Positions 59,765 through 64,000 of a stretch of DNA of 64,000 nucleotides are shown here, piece by piece (position 1 is the first letter of the stretch; each line of letters starts with the position of its first letter). The translations under genes and the position numbers were made by a program. The DNA is from Candidatus Latescibacterota bacterium (lineage in GTDB: Bacteria > Latescibacterota > CBDEFO01): the NCBI GenBank assembly GCA_965248755.1, contig OZ252149.1, positions 640,001 to 704,000 on the forward strand. The letters run 5' to 3'. A model generated the notes under the pieces. The model saw only the letters and a program-made list of their open reading frames with translations, ran no database searches and was not told the DNA's origin.

Positions 59765-61581
59765 TGAAAAGAGAAAAGATAATAGTCCTGGACTTCGGGG
59801 GTCAATACGCACACCTTATTGCCAACAGGATAAGGAAACTCAACGTCCACTCCCAGATAAAGTCTCCCGCATCTGCTACCAGAGAGATAGAAGATGCAAA
59901 AGGAATAATCCTTTCAGGGGGTCCAGCAAGCGTCTACGACCCCGACCAGCCCCGATACAATCCCGAAATCTTCAGCCTCGGAAAGCCCATCCTTGGAATT
60001 TGCTACGGTCATCAACTACTGTCGCAACATCTGGGAGGTAAAGTAGAGACCAAAGACAAGAAGGAATATGGCCCAGCCGAGCTTCTGATAACGTCCTGCT
60101 CAACAATCTTTAGGGGGCTTGAAGGCAAGGAAAGGGTCTGGATGAGCCACGGAGACTCTGTTGTGGCACTCCCCCCGGGCTTCAGAACAATCGCTTGCAC
60201 AGCCGACTGTCCACAAGCGGCGATAGAAGACCCTATAAGAAAGATATACGCTATACAGTTTCATCCCGAGGTTACACACACGCCCGGGGGGATGAAGATC
60301 CTGGATAACTTTCTTACACTCTGCGGATGCCGGAGGGACTGGACGCTGTCCAACTATATAGACAGCGCGATCCAGGAGATAAAAGATATGGTGGGGACAA
60401 GGAATGTCTTCCTCTTTGTAAGCGGGGGGGTAGATTCTACCGTAGCGTTCGCGCTTTTAAACAAGGCCCTCGGATCAGACCGCGTGTTGGGGCTCCACAT
60501 AGACAACGGATTTATGAGAAGGGGTGAGACCCGGCTTGTGGAGAAGGCGTTGAAAGAGCAGAAAATGGGCAATTTCAAGGTTATAGACGCCTCAAAGGAG
60601 TTCGTTGATGCTCTTGGGAGAGTTGTGGATCCCGAGGAGAAAAGGAAGATCATAGGAGACAAATTCGTTGAGATAAGAGAAAAGGCTATACGAAAACTTA
60701 ATCTCGATGCCGAAAAATGGATTCTCGGACAGGGCACTTTATATACGGATACTATTGAAGCAGGAGGTACAGCGGACTCTTCAGTCATAAAGACCCATCA
60801 CAATCGCACGGATGCCATACAAAGCCTCATCGTACAGGGACGGGTCATAGAACCCCTGTCGAACCTATACAAAGACGAAGTAAGACAGGTTGGGATAGGC
60901 CTGAACCTCCCTCAAAGCCTCATCTGGAGACATCCTTTTCCCGGACCAGGCCTGGCTGTGCGGACGTTATGCTGGAATGGACGGGAAGAAGATAGAGGAA
61001 ATATCAAAGAGATAGACCAAAGGGTAGAAGTTATAGCAAAAGGATTTAACCTTACGGCCTGTGTGCTTCCCCTCAAGACTGTGGGGGTGCAGGGCGATTT
61101 TAGGACCTACGCGCATCCTGTGGCGCTGGCTCCAAGCAAAGGCCGTGATCCGGACTGGGAAACCCTTGAGAAAATCTCGACGACGATCACAAATAGCATA
61201 AAAGAAATCAATCGCTGTGTATATCTCCTCAAGCCTGATAGACTACATAGAGGACGCCTCAAAGAAACTTACCTTTCCCAGGATCGCCTCGACCTTTTGA
61301 GGGATGCCGACTATATAGCCACAAGAGCGATCGAAAAAGCTGGTCTGGTAAGACAAATATCCCAGATGCCTGTAGTTCTGATACCTCTCAGCTCGGATGG
61401 GGAAAAGGAAAGTGTAGTCGTGCGGCCCGTTCACACAGACGATTTCATGACTGCAGCCTTCAGCAAGATGCCGATGGACATAGCCATCAGGGTAGCTCAA
61501 GACATACTATCTATAGAACAGATAGAGGCTGTCTACTACGACATAACACACAAGCCGCCCGGAACTATCGAATGGGAGTAG
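59764..61581 (+). CDS. guaA: GMP synthase (glutamine-hydrolysing), long form
   Basis: LDFGGQY, GICYGHQ, FHPE, SGGVDS, IKTHHN, HPFPGPG, KPPGTIEWE. Confidence 0.96.
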   Translation: MKREKIIVLDFGGQYAHLIANRIRKLNVHSQIKSPASATREIEDAKGIILSGGPASVYDPDQPRYNPEIFSLGKPILGICYGHQLLSQHLGGKVETKDKKEYGPAELLITSCSTIFRGLEGKERVWMSHGDSVVALPPGFRTIACTADCPQAAIEDPIRKIYAIQFHPEVTHTPGGMKILDNFLTLCGCRRDWTLSNYIDSAIQEIKDMVGTRNVFLFVSGGVDSTVAFALLNKALGSDRVLGLHIDNGFMRRGETRLVEKALKEQKMGNFKVIDASKEFVDALGRVVDPEEKRKIIGDKFVEIREKAIRKLNLDAEKWILGQGTLYTDTIEAGGTADSSVIKTHHNRTDAIQSLIVQGRVIEPLSNLYKDEVRQVGIGLNLPQSLIWRHPFPGPGLAVRTLCWNGREEDRGNIKEIDQRVEVIAKGFNLTACVLPLKTVGVQGDFRTYAHPVALAPSKGRDPDWETLEKISTTITNSIKEINRCVYLLKPDRLHRGRLKETYLSQDRLDLLRDADYIATRAIEKAGLVRQISQMPVVLIPLSSDGEKESVVVRPVHTDDFMTAAFSKMPMDIAIRVAQDILSIEQIEAVYYDITHKPPGTIEWE

Positions 61582-61602
61582 CCGCCGCCGAAGGGCAAGA
61601 GA

Positions 61603-62250
61603 TCAGGAGGAATTCCCCCGCTCCTTTGTCAGCTGAGCAATCTTATCTCTGATCTTGGCTGCTTCTTCGTATTCCTCATAGGCTACAGCTTCCTTGAGTT
61701 TGGCTCTCAAGGCTGAGATGTCATCATCCTGATCTGTGTCGGGCTGTGCAGGGGATGCCTGTTCTAAGAAGGCATCTACTGTTTCAGCCCCAAATACCTC
61801 CTCAATATCATCGGCTCCTAAAGGTTCATTATCAGGCCCGATTCCAAATTCAGCGCTCTCCTGCCCCGCTTCTTCCAAGACCTCCTCAGATACGTAGATT
61901 GGAGCCTCCATCCTCAGTGCCAATGCAATAGCGTCGCTCGGGCGTGAATCTATCTCCGTGGATGCCCCGTTGTGCTCCAAGGTTATCCGTGCGTAGTAAG
62001 TTCCACCCCTAAGATCGCTCACCAGAATCTTTGAAACATCGGCGCCAAAGCTATCCAGAATGAGCTTTAGAAGGTCGTGAGTTATGGGTCTGGCAGGAAG
62101 CTGTCCCTTGAGATGAGAGTAGATAGCGATCGCTTCAGGCTGACCTATGCTTATGGGGAGCACCCTTTCCCTGGTCTCATCGCTCAGCAAGACCAAAAAA
62201 CTTCTGCTCATCGAATTGAAGCTGATATTAAATACCTCCATTTTTACCAT
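61603..62250 (-). CDS. Bifunctional nuclease (DUF151) with C-terminal UvrB/C motif
   Basis: LPISIG..EA, RPITHDL, DSRPSDAIALA, EEYEEAAKIRD; AGGAGGT RBS. Confidence 0.92.
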   Translation of the reverse strand: MVKMEVFNISFNSMSRSFLVLLSDETRERVLPISIGQPEAIAIYSHLKGQLPARPITHDLLKLILDSFGADVSKILVSDLRGGTYYARITLEHNGASTEIDSRPSDAIALALRMEAPIYVSEEVLEEAGQESAEFGIGPDNEPLGADDIEEVFGAETVDAFLEQASPAQPDTDQDDDISALRAKLKEAVAYEEYEEAAKIRDKIAQLTKERGNSS

Positions 62251-62415
62251 TTGCCTACCTCCTGTCTCTAACCGCACAGGGCGCGAAATCACCCCTGGGC
62301 CTGTCCTCACGCAAAAAAGCAATGCTACTACAATTTAGACGCCCAAACTATCACACAGGATCCTTTCCCACTTTTTTTCTCCCCCAAAACCGATATTCTC
62401 CTTCACATGTCCTCT

Positions 62416-62883
62416 TTATCCCATCACTCCCCCAATAATATCACTAGATCCTAAAGGCTCATCATCAGGTTCGATTCCAAATTCAGCGCTGTCCTGCCCC
62501 GCTTCCTGTAGGACCTCCTCATAAACGTAGATTGTAGCCTCCATCCTCAGTGCCAATGAAATAGCGTCGCTCGGGCGTGAATCTATCTCTCTGGATGTCC
62601 CGTTATGCTCTAAGGTTATCCGTTCGAAGTAAGTTCCATCCTTGAGATCTCTCACCAAAATCTTTGATATCCCGGCGTCAACGCCATCCAGAATGAGCTT
62701 TAGAAGGTCATGAGTTATGGGTCTGGGAGGAAGCTGTCCCTTAAGCTGGGAGTAGATGGCGTTTGCCTCGGCCTGACCTATACTTATACGGAGCACAGTT
62801 TTCCTCATCTCATCGCTCAACAAAACCCAAAACGTTTCTCCCTTGGCATCGGTGTCTATATTAAATACCTGCATTTTCACCAT
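62416..62883 (-). CDS. DUF151 paralog without UVR tail (frame open upstream to 63030)
   Basis: RPITHDL, DSRPSDAISLA; same AGGAGGT RBS context as the neighbour. Confidence 0.8.
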   Translation of the reverse strand: MVKMQVFNIDTDAKGETFWVLLSDEMRKTVLRISIGQAEANAIYSQLKGQLPPRPITHDLLKLILDGVDAGISKILVRDLKDGTYFERITLEHNGTSREIDSRPSDAISLALRMEATIYVYEEVLQEAGQDSAEFGIEPDDEPLGSSDIIGGVMG

Positions 62884-63040
62884 ATGCCCACCTCCTGTCT
62901 CCAACACTTCCGATGCGCAGGTCCTATACTCCTTTACGCCCCCCTCTATCTCCTTCAGATCGTCTTTGATGATCTTCGCTTGAGTGTTCAATAAGGCTGT
63001 AAGCCATAGGCACAATATAGTCGTGCTCAAAAGATTATCT

Positions 63041-63433
63041 TTATGTTGCCCTTCTATCCTTCGGTTTATCCACCATAAATCCCACTAATCCCTTTTTTCC
63101 CAATGTCTTGAGATAAGCAAGAAGAGATACCTCAGATTCTTTCCTGTTGAGCTTGTACCTTTGTCCGAGTCCCTCGATTATGTCTTCTACAGTGTTCTGC
63201 CCGTCGGACATTTCCCACACCTGGGAACCTATCTCATCTAATTCAATCTTCTTCTCCTTGGGAACGTGAAAGATCAGGGACAACAGGCGCGCTTTCCATC
63301 CCTTTTGTCTGGGGATGGTGACTACAATATTATCCTGGGAGTCCCTTGCCCACCCCAGCAGGTCGTTCCTGATCGGTCTTGACGACAGCATCGCCTCTCG
63401 GCTGATGCGCCTCTTCCTTCTTATGACAGCCAA
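63041..63433 (-). CDS. PqqD/RRE-like domain protein
   Basis: IELDEIGSQVWEMSDGQNTVEDII...YLKTLGKKGLV. Confidence 0.82.
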   Translation of the reverse strand: MAVIRRKRRISREAMLSSRPIRNDLLGWARDSQDNIVVTIPRQKGWKARLLSLIFHVPKEKKIELDEIGSQVWEMSDGQNTVEDIIEGLGQRYKLNRKESEVSLLAYLKTLGKKGLVGFMVDKPKDRRAT

Positions 63434-64000
63434 TCTCTATCACCTCTACTTTTGAATCTTCCTCGTTTCTGGTGAAGTTGTGCACCACAAATATCTTATT
63501 GGAGTCCTCACAGTACCAGGTCTTTCCCTTCAAAAATAGGCGTGGTTTCCTTTCCACCCACGGCAGAGGCTTGAAGAGCCTTTTCCACCTGTTTTTGGGC
63601 ACACCCAAAATCTCAATTCCTGGATGTCCCTGAAATTGAATCTCCTTGTACGAACAGTTTAGGTCTCTCAACTTCTTCTTGAAAAAGTCACTATGCCACT
63701 CTATTGTGCTGATTCCCTTCAACAGGATGTTAGCTAAGCTTATACAGTCTATGCTGAAAGAATTTTTTTCCCTTTGAAACTCCAATTGGATGTGACCGGA
63801 TTTCAGGGAATATTCTTCTAACATCAGGTCATCAGGAACCCAGCAGGCAAGATCATAGATGCCCCAGAAATTGCGTCCTCCTTTTGAGTGATCCTCTAAA
63901 GAATATAAGATTTTGGCTGCGACCTTTTCTACATTATCATCTAAGCGCGAAAGTACCCTCAAAACCACAACCCTTCCACATGCTTTGCATTTTATGGCCA
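63330..64000 (-). CDS. Hypothetical protein, partial (5' end outside the window)
   Basis: Frame open to the window edge (..AIKCKACGRVVVLRV..); WYCEDSNKIF; overlaps the PqqD-like gene by 104 nt. Confidence 0.7.
   Translation of the reverse strand, partial: AIKCKACGRVVVLRVLSRLDDNVEKVAAKILYSLEDHSKGGRNFWGIYDLACWVPDDLMLEEYSLKSGHIQLEFQREKNSFSIDCISLANILLKGISTIEWHSDFFKKKLRDLNCSYKEIQFQGHPGIEILGVPKNRWKRLFKPLPWVERKPRLFLKGKTWYCEDSNKIFVVHNFTRNEEDSKVEVIEIGCHKKEEAHQPRGDAVVKTDQERPAGVGKGLPG

Noticed and set aside
63041..63433. PQQ biosynthesis
   Set aside because: No pqqA/B/C/E in the window; a PqqD-like fold alone is not diagnostic

Overview
Gene-dense, mostly + strand chromosomal window from a diderm bacterium (lpxK, PorV-like outer-membrane protein), probably anaerobic. 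Short sigma70 factors lacking region 1.1, a C-terminal 'SWGxxK' tail and a UBact locus suggest a Latescibacterota-like lineage (inference). Content in order: a partial Asp-box propeller; methyltransferase-rtcB; acuC-hydrolase; a ThiS-like/sigma/mrp/korAB/ferredoxin operon; map-ptsI; an orphan DNA methyltransferase; iscU; a xanthine-dehydrogenase-family subunit next to an aorABC-type tungsten aldehyde oxidoreductase; a tandem-duplicated Zn-ribbon membrane gene; yitJ-like plus split metE plus gltBD; a complete UBact-proteasome operon (arc-dop-ubact-prcB-prcA-pafA); ctpA; a mini-FtsX ABC pair; sucCD; sigma-phosphatase; lpxK-nadB-guaA; duplicated DUF151 genes; and a PqqD-like gene. I recognised no rRNA, tRNA, CRISPR array, integrase or transposase. 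Most notable: (1) the UBact operon, whose ATPase lacks a GQYL/HbYX tail and whose pafA is displaced by a 1.95-kb insert bounded by 77-bp direct repeats and carrying attC-like remnants; (2) a ThiS/MoaD-like protein whose di-glycine is masked by a 31-aa tail and whose stop overlaps a sigma factor start; (3) an ORF-free structured region with sigma54 and sigma70 promoters (candidate ncRNA); (4) a dispersed CTGTCTA heptamer that builds the signal peptide of a hydrolase. All calls are from manual reading; no searches were run.
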